The notes under the pieces were generated by a model, which was not told where the DNA came from, ran no database searches, and saw nothing but the letters and a program-made list of their open reading frames with translations. Below, one piece after another: positions 16,718 to 25,637 of a DNA stretch of 43,024 nt. How positions within the stretch are numbered: position 1 is the first letter of the stretch; the number at the start of each line of letters is the position of its first letter. This DNA comes from Candidatus Enterousia sp. (lineage in GTDB: Bacteria; Pseudomonadota; Alphaproteobacteria; Rs-D84). Made by a program: the position numbers and the translations under genes. The stretch lies in contig JAZTWE010000001.1 in NCBI GenBank assembly GCA_045635705.1, forward strand, positions 1 through 43,024. The letters run 5' to 3'.

Positions 16718-17659
16718 ATGAAATATTCTGACTTTGGATTGGTAAACACACACGAAATGTTTTTGGACGCACTGGCGCATCACTACGCCGTGCCGGCATT
16801 TAACTTTTATAACATGGAAACCCTGAACGCAATCCTGACCGCCGCCCGTGAAACACACAGCCCGGCAATCTTGGCAGTATCAGAATCCGCATTAAAATAC
16901 ATGGGGGACGATATGCTGATGGGCCTGATTCGCGGTGCGAACATAACGCCCACCGACCAGATTGCCCTGCACCTGGACCATGGCGCATCTTTTGACGCGT
17001 GCGCAGCGGCTATCGAACTTGGATTTTCATCTGTAATGATTGACGCCAGCAAATTACCACTGAACCAAAACATTGAATTAACCAGTCGCGTTGTCGAATT
17101 GGCCCACAAACATAATGTTTCGGTCGAGGCTGAACTGGGCACACTATCAGGAATCGAAGATGAAAACACACAATCCACCACATCCAGTTATACAAACCCC
17201 AACGATGTAGTAAAATTTGTGGCTGCGACCAATGTTGATTCCCTGGCAATCGCCATTGGCACCAGCCACGGGGCCTATAAACGCAAATCAGATGACGAAG
17301 AATTGCGTTTCGATATTTTATCAGAAATCGCAACCAAACTGCCCAACTTTCCATTGGTACTACATGGCGCATCCCAAATACCCAGCGACCTAATCAAAAC
17401 AGTAAATAAATTCGGTGGCGATATGCCAAACGCGCGCGGCATTGCACCCGCGCAACTGCGTCGTGCAATACAAACAAACATTTGCAAAATCAATGTGGAC
17501 AGCGACCTGCGCCTGGCAATGACCGCCGCCGTGCGCGAATCGTTGGCCACACATCCATCAAACTTTAACCCGCGCGAATACCTGGGCGCGGCAACACACG
17601 CAATGACCACGGTATGCATTAACGCGATAACCAACATCATGGGCAGCAATCATAATTAA
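16718..17659 (+). CDS. fba: Class II fructose-1,6-bisphosphate aldolase
   Basis: Class II motifs HLDHG, EAELG, GTSHGAYK and LVLHGAS. An extended -10 (TGCTATAAT) lies at about 16689-16697. Confidence 0.9.
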   Translation: MKYSDFGLVNTHEMFLDALAHHYAVPAFNFYNMETLNAILTAARETHSPAILAVSESALKYMGDDMLMGLIRGANITPTDQIALHLDHGASFDACAAAIELGFSSVMIDASKLPLNQNIELTSRVVELAHKHNVSVEAELGTLSGIEDENTQSTTSSYTNPNDVVKFVAATNVDSLAIAIGTSHGAYKRKSDDEELRFDILSEIATKLPNFPLVLHGASQIPSDLIKTVNKFGGDMPNARGIAPAQLRRAIQTNICKINVDSDLRLAMTAAVRESLATHPSNFNPREYLGAATHAMTTVCINAITNIMGSNHN

Positions 17660-17682
17660 TCCCAAACCACCATACAAAAAAA

Positions 17683-17708
17683 ATCCCGCCAATTCGGCGG
17701 GATTTTTT
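17683..17708. terminator. Bidirectional terminator shared by fba and P3
   Basis: ATCCCGCC-AATTC-GGCGGGAT, flanked by A8 and T6. Confidence 0.8.
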
Positions 17709-19479
17709 ATCTGATTCCGACCTGGAACTCATCACCCCAACCGGCAACTGTTTGACCACCGATTGTGCAATTTATATCTTCAAACCCATCTTCGATTTGG
17801 GCTTTTTTCATAACACTGCTGGTAATCAATCCGCCCGCTGTACCCAACACGACACCTGCAATCGAATCCGATGCCAAACGCGCAGTATTGAACTTACCTT
17901 CGGCATTTTTCCAAACACTGGTTTCCAAACCACTTGTAATATTATTCAGATTCGTCATCGCTGCATCAATACGACGCTTGGCGGTTGTAATCTTTACCGA
18001 CAACGCGGCCGATTCACGTCTTTTGCGCGCCTCTTCTGTTTCAACGCACTGCCCGTCTTTTATTTCCATATCGCTGTCTTCGCACACACATTCATTGGCA
18101 CGCCATACTGCGCCTGGGATTTCTTTGCATGCATTTATCTTGGCCGTCAATTCAGGATCCTGAATACATTTGCCATCGATAAACAACTTTTGCGCATCCG
18201 TACACTTACACGATTTCAACGCAACATCCCAATACGCACCTGTTGCCTTGGCATCTGCCGATTCGCACAACTGACGATACGCGGCCTCATCTGTCAAATC
18301 ACACTTATCACCATTGCGAACATAATTGTTATCTGTGCATACACACGCCCCTGCCTCTGTTCTCAAGTTCTTGGCCGCATCACATACACACTTACCGCCC
18401 TTGTACTGTCCGCCAGAATTCTGACATTTTTGTTTAGCATTGGCCGCTGCTCTATTACGATTTTGCGCTGCCTGACTCAAGACACATTTGCGCTGCGCGG
18501 CATCCCAATTATAATCCGAACCACCTTTACACTTGCAAGTCCGATTACTATCTGCTGGTTCCAACCCCAAGATATCTTTACATTCACACTTCCCGTCAAC
18601 ATATTCACCACCGTTTTGCGTGCAATATGCTGAATAATCAGAATCTTGAACGCACTTACCGTCTCGTTCCTTATACCCCTTGTCAGCATTGCACTTCCAT
18701 TCAATACACAATTCGCCACCCGTCACAACAAACGAACTTGCATTATTGTGGCTAACATTACGATTTGTATTTCTGATTACCGGTGCCAATGCACGTCCGG
18801 CCTGATAATCCGCCGACAGGTCACTGTTCCCCGCACATGGTTTAATTGGTTCGGCCACCCATTTTTTCAAATCTGCGCGACATACCCAAACATGATTTTT
18901 CTTGGTCTGTGCATCACCGCCCAGGGCACCTTCGCGCATAAAGACACGATTCCCATTTGAACATGACCCATCTTCGCGTTGGTCACAGATATAGCACCCA
19001 TGTGTACCATATTCTGTCAAATAAGATTCCTTTGCCTTGCACTTTGCCCCAACAAAATAAGTACACTTTTGTTCATGCACCTCTATACATCTTTGCTTTG
19101 CCGAATCGTAATGGAAACCAGTTGGACAGAACATACAAACATTTGATGCATCCTTGCGCCCTGCATTTAAGACCCAACCATTTCCCTTGGTTGCCGTCGA
19201 CTTATACACAGAATTCGCCACCCAAACAACACGACCATCACCCCCAGGCGCTGTTTTTTCGCGTCCTGCACCCGGTGCCTTTTGTGGATTTGCGCACCAG
19301 CGAACATCAACCTCATCATCCAGTTTGTCCAATTTGCATTCAGAATATTCACCACCATCGTCATCAAATTCTAACAACCATTCTTCCCTGGCAACACCAT
19401 AATCCAGGCACTTTGCGGCCAGCGCATCAGTCGCAACAAACCCAAACATTGCAAAACACAAAATCAGAATTTTTTTCAT
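17707..19479 (-). CDS. P3: secreted Cys-rich repeat protein with a C-terminal coiled coil and a Gly-zipper hydrophobic segment
   Basis: Signal peptide MKKILILCFAMFGFVATDALA. At least four tandem units of about 35-40 aa of the type C..(G)G.Y/W...(G)KC.C.D......C. The tail reads ...NTARLASDSIAGVVLGTAGGLITSSVMKK...INCTIGGQTVAGWGDEFQV. A GGGGGG SD precedes the ATG at 19479. Confidence 0.7.
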   Translation of the reverse strand: MKKILILCFAMFGFVATDALAAKCLDYGVAREEWLLEFDDDGGEYSECKLDKLDDEVDVRWCANPQKAPGAGREKTAPGGDGRVVWVANSVYKSTATKGNGWVLNAGRKDASNVCMFCPTGFHYDSAKQRCIEVHEQKCTYFVGAKCKAKESYLTEYGTHGCYICDQREDGSCSNGNRVFMREGALGGDAQTKKNHVWVCRADLKKWVAEPIKPCAGNSDLSADYQAGRALAPVIRNTNRNVSHNNASSFVVTGGELCIEWKCNADKGYKERDGKCVQDSDYSAYCTQNGGEYVDGKCECKDILGLEPADSNRTCKCKGGSDYNWDAAQRKCVLSQAAQNRNRAAANAKQKCQNSGGQYKGGKCVCDAAKNLRTEAGACVCTDNNYVRNGDKCDLTDEAAYRQLCESADAKATGAYWDVALKSCKCTDAQKLFIDGKCIQDPELTAKINACKEIPGAVWRANECVCEDSDMEIKDGQCVETEEARKRRESAALSVKITTAKRRIDAAMTNLNNITSGLETSVWKNAEGKFNTARLASDSIAGVVLGTAGGLITSSVMKKAQIEDGFEDINCTIGGQTVAGWGDEFQVGIR

Positions 19480-19544
19480 TACAATCCCCCCAATTTGGAA
19501 CACTTTTATTATTGTATTTTATCATACAATGCCTTGATTACCAA

Positions 19545-19567
19545 ACAAAAAACGCCATTTCGGCGTT
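19545..19567 (-). terminator. Terminator of dnaA
   Basis: On the minus strand: AACGCC-GAAAT-GGCGTT followed by TTTTTG. Confidence 0.65.
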
Positions 19568-19570
19568 TAA

Positions 19571-20851
19571 TTATCTGCATTCTGCAATCAGTTGTTCAAT
19601 TTGTGCCGACAATACCAAGTCTGCTTCTTTTGCTTTTTCAATTTGCTTGATTGCATACAAAACTGTTGCATGGTCACGACCACCAACAAAATTACCAATT
19701 TCTGACAAAGACAAACCTGTTGCATTTTTCAAGACAACCATCATTGTCTGACGCGCCAATACCAAATTACGGCTGCGCCCTGCACCACATACTGCATCAT
19801 ATGACACACCCAGTTTTTCACACATCATACGAACCATTGCCATTGGTGTTTTGTTCTTTTGCAATGAATCCGCCAACAGATGCTGGGCCACGGACATATC
19901 AACCGCCGTACCCATCAGATCTGCATACGCCTTAATTTTTGTGGCAATACCTGCAACCAAGTGACCATCATTCGCTGTGCGATTCGCCAATGCATCTGCG
20001 ACATCTGATGAAACACCGGCACGCTTTAACATAACTGATTTTACATACGCATTTGGTGCAACAACATCTGCGACCAAGCCCGATGCCATCAGTGACTGTG
20101 CGCGTCTGTCAAACCCGGTCAATGCACTTGGCGCAACATTTGATGCCAACACGATATTTTTACCTGCTGCACGCAAATCAACAATCAACTGTACAAATTC
20201 ATCCATTGTTGCCTTTTTCCCGGCCAGGCTTTGTACATCATCCATAATAAACATATCACAGTTACGGCAGAAATCTTTGAATGCGAACACAGTACGATCG
20301 TGCAGGCTGCGTGTGAATTCAGAAACGAACTGACCACCACTCATTCTTACAACGCGCCCCTTTGCCGATGCAAAGACACAGTCCAACAATAATGATTTAC
20401 CACACCCTGCTGCACCATGAATATACAGTGGTGAAAATGTCGCTGCACCACTGGCAATTTTCTTGCATGCCGACACAACAAATAAATTTTCATCAGATGT
20501 CACAAATGAATCGAACTTGGCATCAGATTTTTCAGCAACTTTTTCAGGGGAAAAACTTTGTGTATTATTATCATTTGCGATTGGTGCGACTGGTTTTGCA
20601 ACAGCATTTGCAACACAGATATCAATGGCCAAACCATATTCTGCGGCAACACCCGCCAACACACCACCATAAACACTTTTAATAAAATCAGCCGAGAATT
20701 GATTTTGTGCACGCAACACCAACACATTTCCATCAACAACAAACTGCAGTGGTGCAATCCAAGAAGCAAACGCAGCATTTTCAATTTTAGCGGCAACAGC
20801 ACCCTTGATATTTTCAATATTTATCATTTGTGTCTTTGCCATTGTCTGCAT
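19571..20851 (-). CDS. dnaA: Chromosomal replication initiator DnaA (short, 426 aa)
   Basis: AAA+ Walker A GAAGCGKSLL, Walker B FIMDDVQ, and the C-terminal DNA-binding helix-turn-helix (SLSEIGNFVGGRDHATVLYAIKQIE). RBS AAGGAG. Confidence 0.92.
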   Translation of the reverse strand: MQTMAKTQMINIENIKGAVAAKIENAAFASWIAPLQFVVDGNVLVLRAQNQFSADFIKSVYGGVLAGVAAEYGLAIDICVANAVAKPVAPIANDNNTQSFSPEKVAEKSDAKFDSFVTSDENLFVVSACKKIASGAATFSPLYIHGAAGCGKSLLLDCVFASAKGRVVRMSGGQFVSEFTRSLHDRTVFAFKDFCRNCDMFIMDDVQSLAGKKATMDEFVQLIVDLRAAGKNIVLASNVAPSALTGFDRRAQSLMASGLVADVVAPNAYVKSVMLKRAGVSSDVADALANRTANDGHLVAGIATKIKAYADLMGTAVDMSVAQHLLADSLQKNKTPMAMVRMMCEKLGVSYDAVCGAGRSRNLVLARQTMMVVLKNATGLSLSEIGNFVGGRDHATVLYAIKQIEKAKEADLVLSAQIEQLIAECR

Positions 20852-21168
20852 TGCTTTTTCTCCTTTCCTTCCCTAAAAGAGTTTTTTCGCACCGGCCCCC
20901 AGGTTGTAAAAGTCACCTGCACAAAAACGCATTTTCTGCGTTTATATTGCCCTACTTTTAACTCTCTCGCTTTTTATTAATGTTCGATAAAAATATCTCT
21001 CGTTTTGATTAACACTTCTATCGTTTGGATACGACAGATAATTTATAAGATATATTTCAGTTTACAACCAACTTTTGAACAAAATTTTAACTTTTATTTT
21101 TTGACAACGATTCGTTTTTTTGGCTGTTTTCTGCGCTTTGTATATACACTGTATAGACAAGATTTTTA

Positions 21169-22191
21169 TCACACCAAAACATATCCACCATCAACTTTTC
21201 GCACTAAACCCTGCAATTCCAATACGACCAATTCGCTTTTGATTTCCGAAACCGATTTTTTGACAACATCTGCCAATACAGATTCAGACACCGGAATCGA
21301 ACTAATTTTATCAATCAGATTATTTTCCGATTCATTTTTGGTTGTAATTTTTTTCTTTGTTTCATTTTTTTCCGCCCCCGCAAAGAAATCAGACACACCA
21401 CTGCACAACCGTGCTGCACCCGTGGCAATCAGGCTATTTGGCCCGGCGGCCCGCGCATCTGACGGGTGCGACGGTATTGCCCAAACATCGCGACCATAAT
21501 CAATAGCGAATCGCGCTGTCGCCATTGAACCTGATTTCGAATCGGCCTCGCCCAATATCAGGGCATCACACATCCCCGCAACCCAGCGGTTTCGCTGGAT
21601 AAAGTTTGTCGCCACTGGCACAAAGCCGACCGGCATTTCACTGACAACCGCGCCACGTTCCAAGATTTCATAGTACAGCGCCTCGTTTTCCACCGGCCAA
21701 ATATAATCCACGCCCCCTGCCACAACCGCAATTGTGACCGACGATTGCGCTGCCCGCAATGCGCCCTTGTGCGCGGCGGTATCTGTCCCAATGGCCATGC
21801 CCGATGCCACTGCAAAACCCCGATTCGCAAATTCGCATGCAATATTCGCGACAAAGCCCATTCCTGCGGCGGTTGCATGGCGCGTACCAACCATTGATAC
21901 AATTGGCTTGGTCAATGTTTTCAAATCCCCGCGCACACTTATCACCGGTGGATGATTTTTTAATTCCCGCAATCGCACCGGATATTCAGGCATATCATCT
22001 GCAATATATTTTATTCCCAAACTTTGCGCGCGATCCATTTCACGCAGAACCGAATCGCGATGCGCAATATCAGAATTCAGACTGTCGGCCGCCGCCACCA
22101 CCGAACCAAATCGTTCGACCAGCGCATTATACTTTACCGGTCCAATTCCCGGGGTACGCAAAATCAATAACTTTTCAAAAATCTGTGACAT
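21169..22191 (-). CDS. dprA: DNA processing protein DprA (Smf)
   Basis: Rossmann-like core VSMVGTRHATAAGMGFVANIACEFANRGFAVASGMAIGTDTAAHKGAL...NFIQRNRWVAG, plus a C-terminal winged-helix-like tail. A TATAAT lies 6 nt upstream of the ATG and there is no SD. Confidence 0.88.
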   Translation of the reverse strand: MSQIFEKLLILRTPGIGPVKYNALVERFGSVVAAADSLNSDIAHRDSVLREMDRAQSLGIKYIADDMPEYPVRLRELKNHPPVISVRGDLKTLTKPIVSMVGTRHATAAGMGFVANIACEFANRGFAVASGMAIGTDTAAHKGALRAAQSSVTIAVVAGGVDYIWPVENEALYYEILERGAVVSEMPVGFVPVATNFIQRNRWVAGMCDALILGEADSKSGSMATARFAIDYGRDVWAIPSHPSDARAAGPNSLIATGAARLCSGVSDFFAGAEKNETKKKITTKNESENNLIDKISSIPVSESVLADVVKKSVSEIKSELVVLELQGLVRKVDGGYVLV

Positions 22192-22227
22192 ATATATATT
22201 ATAGAAGATAGCTCATTTCAAAAGACA

Positions 22228-22251
22228 CAAAAAAATCCCCAAACTGGGGAT
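22228..22251 (-). terminator. Terminator of P4
   Basis: On the minus strand: ATCCCC-AGTTT-GGGGAT followed by T7. Confidence 0.75.
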
Positions 22252-22254
22252 TTT

Positions 22255-23166
22255 TTAAAATACATCTTTAACCGAATCGTAATAAAGAATTACGCCATCG
22301 GTACACGCGGCCGGCTTTTCCGCACTGGCCCAAATATCAGAATTACATTCCTTGTACAATTCCTGAATACTGTCACGGAACTTATTAAATGCGGCAACAT
22401 CATCTTTTTTCAGCACCAGCAATTGTGACCGCAACAATTCGCCGCCCTCCATTGCCTCTTGCCCCTGAACATTACCACCAATCAATTTATTTCCAAACAA
22501 TTCCATCGCACCAACACCCAACGCGGCACCACCAACAGAACCACCAACGGTTCCCCAAACGCGTGCTTTTTTCTTGGCATCCAGGATTCGACTGCGCAAA
22601 GTATCGGCATTTGCCCACGCACCACATGTAATTGTGCGCCCCATTTCATAATATTTTGTCGGCACATCAGATACATCAATGCGCGCATCATTTGATTTCA
22701 GTTCAACCTTTACAAAGCAGGAATTATTTTCTGGATTTTCAACATCCTCTATCATCGTGGCATAGTTGTCCAGATTGCTGAAACGCGATGCCCAAACAAA
22801 GGTATTACCAACACCGATATTATTGCTCATACACGCCAGTCGTTCTTTTTCACGCTGATTCTTTTGCACTGGCAAATCAGGCTTTACATTTTCCCCTGGC
22901 ATATCTGGGACATCAATTGATGGCACATCGGGTACATCCGGCACATCAACCGCCGGCGCATTTTGCCCGACATTGGCATCCAAGACCTGTTTCCCGCTGG
23001 TTATCCCGGTATTGTGCGTCCCCATAAATGCGCCGCGTGCCGTACTGGGTGCCGCAACCATTTGGCTGGACATTGAACGACGCGCAGTATTCGGCGCAGC
23101 CGCAAATGCACCCGTTGCAATCATAGATAACACTATCACAGAAACAAATCTCAACATAAATCCCAC
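22255..23166 (-). CDS. P4: secreted protein with DVP repeats and a Gly-zipper segment related to the P3 tail
   Basis: Signal peptide (M)LRFVSVIVLSMIATGAFA. A VDVPDVPDVPSIDVPDMP repeat. ...KKARVWGTVGGSVGGAALGVGAMELFGNKLIGG... Six Cys. Confidence 0.65.
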   Translation of the reverse strand: MGFMLRFVSVIVLSMIATGAFAAAPNTARRSMSSQMVAAPSTARGAFMGTHNTGITSGKQVLDANVGQNAPAVDVPDVPDVPSIDVPDMPGENVKPDLPVQKNQREKERLACMSNNIGVGNTFVWASRFSNLDNYATMIEDVENPENNSCFVKVELKSNDARIDVSDVPTKYYEMGRTITCGAWANADTLRSRILDAKKKARVWGTVGGSVGGAALGVGAMELFGNKLIGGNVQGQEAMEGGELLRSQLLVLKKDDVAAFNKFRDSIQELYKECNSDIWASAEKPAACTDGVILYYDSVKDVF

Positions 23167-23245
23167 CTTTCTTACCGCGCATTATACCACAAAAACGAAT
23201 AAAAATAAAGAACAAACCGCGCCAAAATCGCGCGGTTTATACAAA

Positions 23246-23833
23246 TTACTTTTTCCATTTCCATTCTATCTTGGATTCACTGCCCCCCAGCAATCGCTTG
23301 ATATTTTCACGATGCCGCCACATACACAGCAACCCAATTGCCAAGAACGCAAACCCAACCGTTGTATCAATTGCAAACCCCAGCACTGGAATCAGGCAAA
23401 ACACAATTGTTGCCCCCAGTGATGAAATCCCCGATGTCAACGCAACCAACAACCATTCAATCCCGCATACAACAAAGGACATGGGACTAACCGCCAACAA
23501 CACACCAAACAACGATGAAATTCCCTTGCCCCCTTTGAATTTTAACCACACGGGATAACAATGCCCAACAATTGCGACAAAACCGCACCATGCGCCAAAG
23601 CCGTCCCCGGCGACATATCGTCCGATAAAAACCGCCGCAATTGCCTTTAACATATCCATAATCCAAACCAGCCCCGCCATACGCAGTCCGCCGACCCGCA
23701 TAACATTGGTTGCACCGATATTACCACTGCCCACCTTGCGCAGGTCGCCTTTGCCCATCAGCCTGGTAAACAACAGTCCCATTGGTATCGACCCCAACAA
23801 ATAAGAAACGATTAAAGTAATTGCGTATATCAT
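23246..23833 (-). CDS. plsY: Glycerol-3-phosphate acyltransferase PlsY
   Basis: LLGSIPMG...GSGNIGATNVMR motif and a multi-TM profile. Confidence 0.9.
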   Translation of the reverse strand: MIYAITLIVSYLLGSIPMGLLFTRLMGKGDLRKVGSGNIGATNVMRVGGLRMAGLVWIMDMLKAIAAVFIGRYVAGDGFGAWCGFVAIVGHCYPVWLKFKGGKGISSLFGVLLAVSPMSFVVCGIEWLLVALTSGISSLGATIVFCLIPVLGFAIDTTVGFAFLAIGLLCMWRHRENIKRLLGGSESKIEWKWKK

Positions 23834-23906
23834 TTTATTTTTCCTTGATTTTATGTTTGTTTTCTATAAAATAACAAAAACGTGACTAAAATAAAAGGAA
23901 AATAAA

Positions 23907-24167
23907 GTGGCAAATCACAAGTCATCTGAAAAAAGAATTTTGGTAACAGCCAAGAAAAACGCAATTAACACTGCCCGTCGCAGCGCTGTAAAGACCGCGA
24001 CAAAAAAAGCATTGGTTGCGATTGAATCTGGGGACAAGGCCGCTGCAACAACAGCGACACGCAACGCAGAAAGCAAGATTATGAAATCTGTTGGCAAAAT
24101 CATGCCAAAGAAACGCGCTGCACGCAAGGTTTCCCGCCTGGCCAAGAAAGTTGCTAAAATGGCTTAA
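23907..24167 (+). CDS. rpsT: 30S ribosomal protein S20 (GTG start)
   Basis: MANHKSSEKRILVTAKKNAINTARRS...; basic, 86 aa; RBS AAAGGAAAA. Confidence 0.9.
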   Translation: MANHKSSEKRILVTAKKNAINTARRSAVKTATKKALVAIESGDKAAATTATRNAESKIMKSVGKIMPKKRAARKVSRLAKKVAKMA

Positions 24168-24191
24168 TACACAAGATGTGTAAACAAATTT

Positions 24192-24214
24192 GCGCGCCAA
24201 TGGCGCGCTTTTTT
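24192..24214 (+). terminator. Terminator of rpsT
   Basis: GCGCGCC-AAT-GGCGCGC followed by T6. Confidence 0.8.
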
Positions 24215-24231
24215 GTCGCCGAAAAAATTAT

Positions 24232-24253
24232 AAAAAACCCGCCAACCGGCGGG
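24232..24253 (-). terminator. Terminator of P5
   Basis: On the minus strand: CCCGCC-GGTT-GGCGGG followed by T6. Confidence 0.75.
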
Positions 24254-24257
24254 CAAA

Positions 24258-25298
24258 TTATTTTTTATATTCACAGTTGCTTGGTCCAATTTCATACGCC
24301 CCGGTCGTATCCGAATATTTTCCAACCGGAACATAACATGCACTAACATCATCCATATTCGCATACGACGATGTTTGGGCGCCCGAACTATGTGACGGAC
24401 ACGCCGAACAAACATTTGCACCTGACATATAATATCCCGATTGACACGCCCATTCATTAAATTCTGTATATGAACATCCAAACGCAAGTGCCGCGGAATT
24501 GGATACAGATTCAGCCCGCCCCGAATTCAAATCAATAAATTCAAAAACACTTGAATACACCCGCCCGTTTCCAGTATCGTGCCATTCACCTGCAACTTGT
24601 TCCCCATCCGAACCCTCGCAAAAACAGATGTTGCTACACCCATCATTATTAAACGCTTCTTCAAACGGCACACACAACAATGTTGTCATGCCATCATCAC
24701 CAAGGATACAAGTATTGATTTCGTCCTCCTCATATATACTTGTTGAACAATAGTCATACCAAGAATACAAATCATCCATACGACCTGCACAATCACATAC
24801 CGTCAAATACCTTGTTGTCATACCATTATCACTATCACCATTATAACAACGCACAGTGGTTTGATTGTCTGCAAACGCCAAGTCTTCAAACGCACCGTAT
24901 AGTATCTCTTCAGAATCTTCGGGATTAGCGACATTTCCAAAGCGCAAATGATATGGCATTTGATACGGATAATCACACCATGTACGCGCATATTCCAACC
25001 AAACGTCTTTGTGCACCTCTCCACCATCGGCGGCATAACATAAATCATTAACCGCATTCATATCATCAAACAATTGCTGACAACTGTTATAACAATCACT
25101 ATAGTCCACATCATACGCCGAACAAATATCAGGACAATCGCCATAATTCAAACGTGTGCAAGCGTGATTCATTTCACCATTATAAATCCAGTCCCACAGC
25201 ATCCAGGCCGCACGACACGTGCCCTCTCCTTCAATTTCTGCGAACGCACTTGTCGCCATAAACATCGCAACAACAAAACCGACGATTATTTTCGGCAT
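24258..25298 (-). CDS. P5: secreted acidic Cys-rich protein; its C-terminal module is shared with P2
   Basis: Signal peptide MPKIIVGFVVAMFMATSAFA. Many Cys, Asp, Tyr and Trp. C-terminal pattern C-x11-C-x2-C-x20-C-x20-C-EYKK-stop. Same strand as the secretin and downstream of it. Confidence 0.7.
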   Translation of the reverse strand: MPKIIVGFVVAMFMATSAFAEIEGEGTCRAAWMLWDWIYNGEMNHACTRLNYGDCPDICSAYDVDYSDCYNSCQQLFDDMNAVNDLCYAADGGEVHKDVWLEYARTWCDYPYQMPYHLRFGNVANPEDSEEILYGAFEDLAFADNQTTVRCYNGDSDNGMTTRYLTVCDCAGRMDDLYSWYDYCSTSIYEEDEINTCILGDDGMTTLLCVPFEEAFNNDGCSNICFCEGSDGEQVAGEWHDTGNGRVYSSVFEFIDLNSGRAESVSNSAALAFGCSYTEFNEWACQSGYYMSGANVCSACPSHSSGAQTSSYANMDDVSACYVPVGKYSDTTGAYEIGPSNCEYKK

Positions 25299-25487
25299 AA
25301 AAAGGGGGAATAAAAAATGCAGATTTCAGGGATTTTTTCAAAAAAAATTATGCCGCGGAAAATCGTCCCATTTATTTCGGCATTGTTTTTTACTTTCTAC
25401 ACCACAGATTATAACGCCTTGCGCAATTTTAGGCAAGTGTTGTTTTTCGGGAAAAGCCCCTTGCGCCAAAGATAAAAAATTAAAGAT

Positions 25488-25557
25488 AATGATTTAGATA
25501 TATAAAAATCCGTTGGCGTCAAAACCAGGAATAAAATAAATTAGAATGATTTAGATA
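25488..25557. repeat. Two 13-bp direct repeats, AATGATTTAGATA, 57 bp apart in the secretin-P5 intergenic region
   Basis: Copies at 25488-25500 and 25545-25557. A related TTTTAGATGAAT lies at about 25611. An imperfect long hairpin AAATCGGG...CCCGATTT is at 25563-25608. Confidence 0.6.
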
Positions 25558-25637
25558 AAAAGAAATCGGGAATCGTAGTGTACAAACGCTACATGAGATA
25601 CCCGATTTATTTTTAGATGAATTATTATAATTTATTT

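Noticed and set aside
17752-19751. Long plus-strand ORFs (17752..18633, 293 aa; 18957..19751, 264 aa) antisense to P3 and dnaA
   Set aside because: The translations are low-complexity (C/I/F/T/R-rich or H/P/Q-rich) with no RBS. The opposite strand encodes well-supported proteins.
21135-21160. SOS/LexA box-like sequence TGTATATACACTGTATAGACA upstream of dnaA
   Set aside because: It matches neither CTGT-N8-ACAG nor the alphaproteobacterial GTTC-N7-GTTC direct repeat. It is probably just an AT-rich palindromic fragment.
20852-21168. Replication origin (oriC) in the AT-rich dnaA-dprA intergenic region
   Set aside because: I found no good DnaA boxes; the best is TTTGGATAC at about 21024, matching TGTGGATAA at 7/9. 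Alphaproteobacterial origins are often not next to dnaA. This cannot be supported from the sequence alone.
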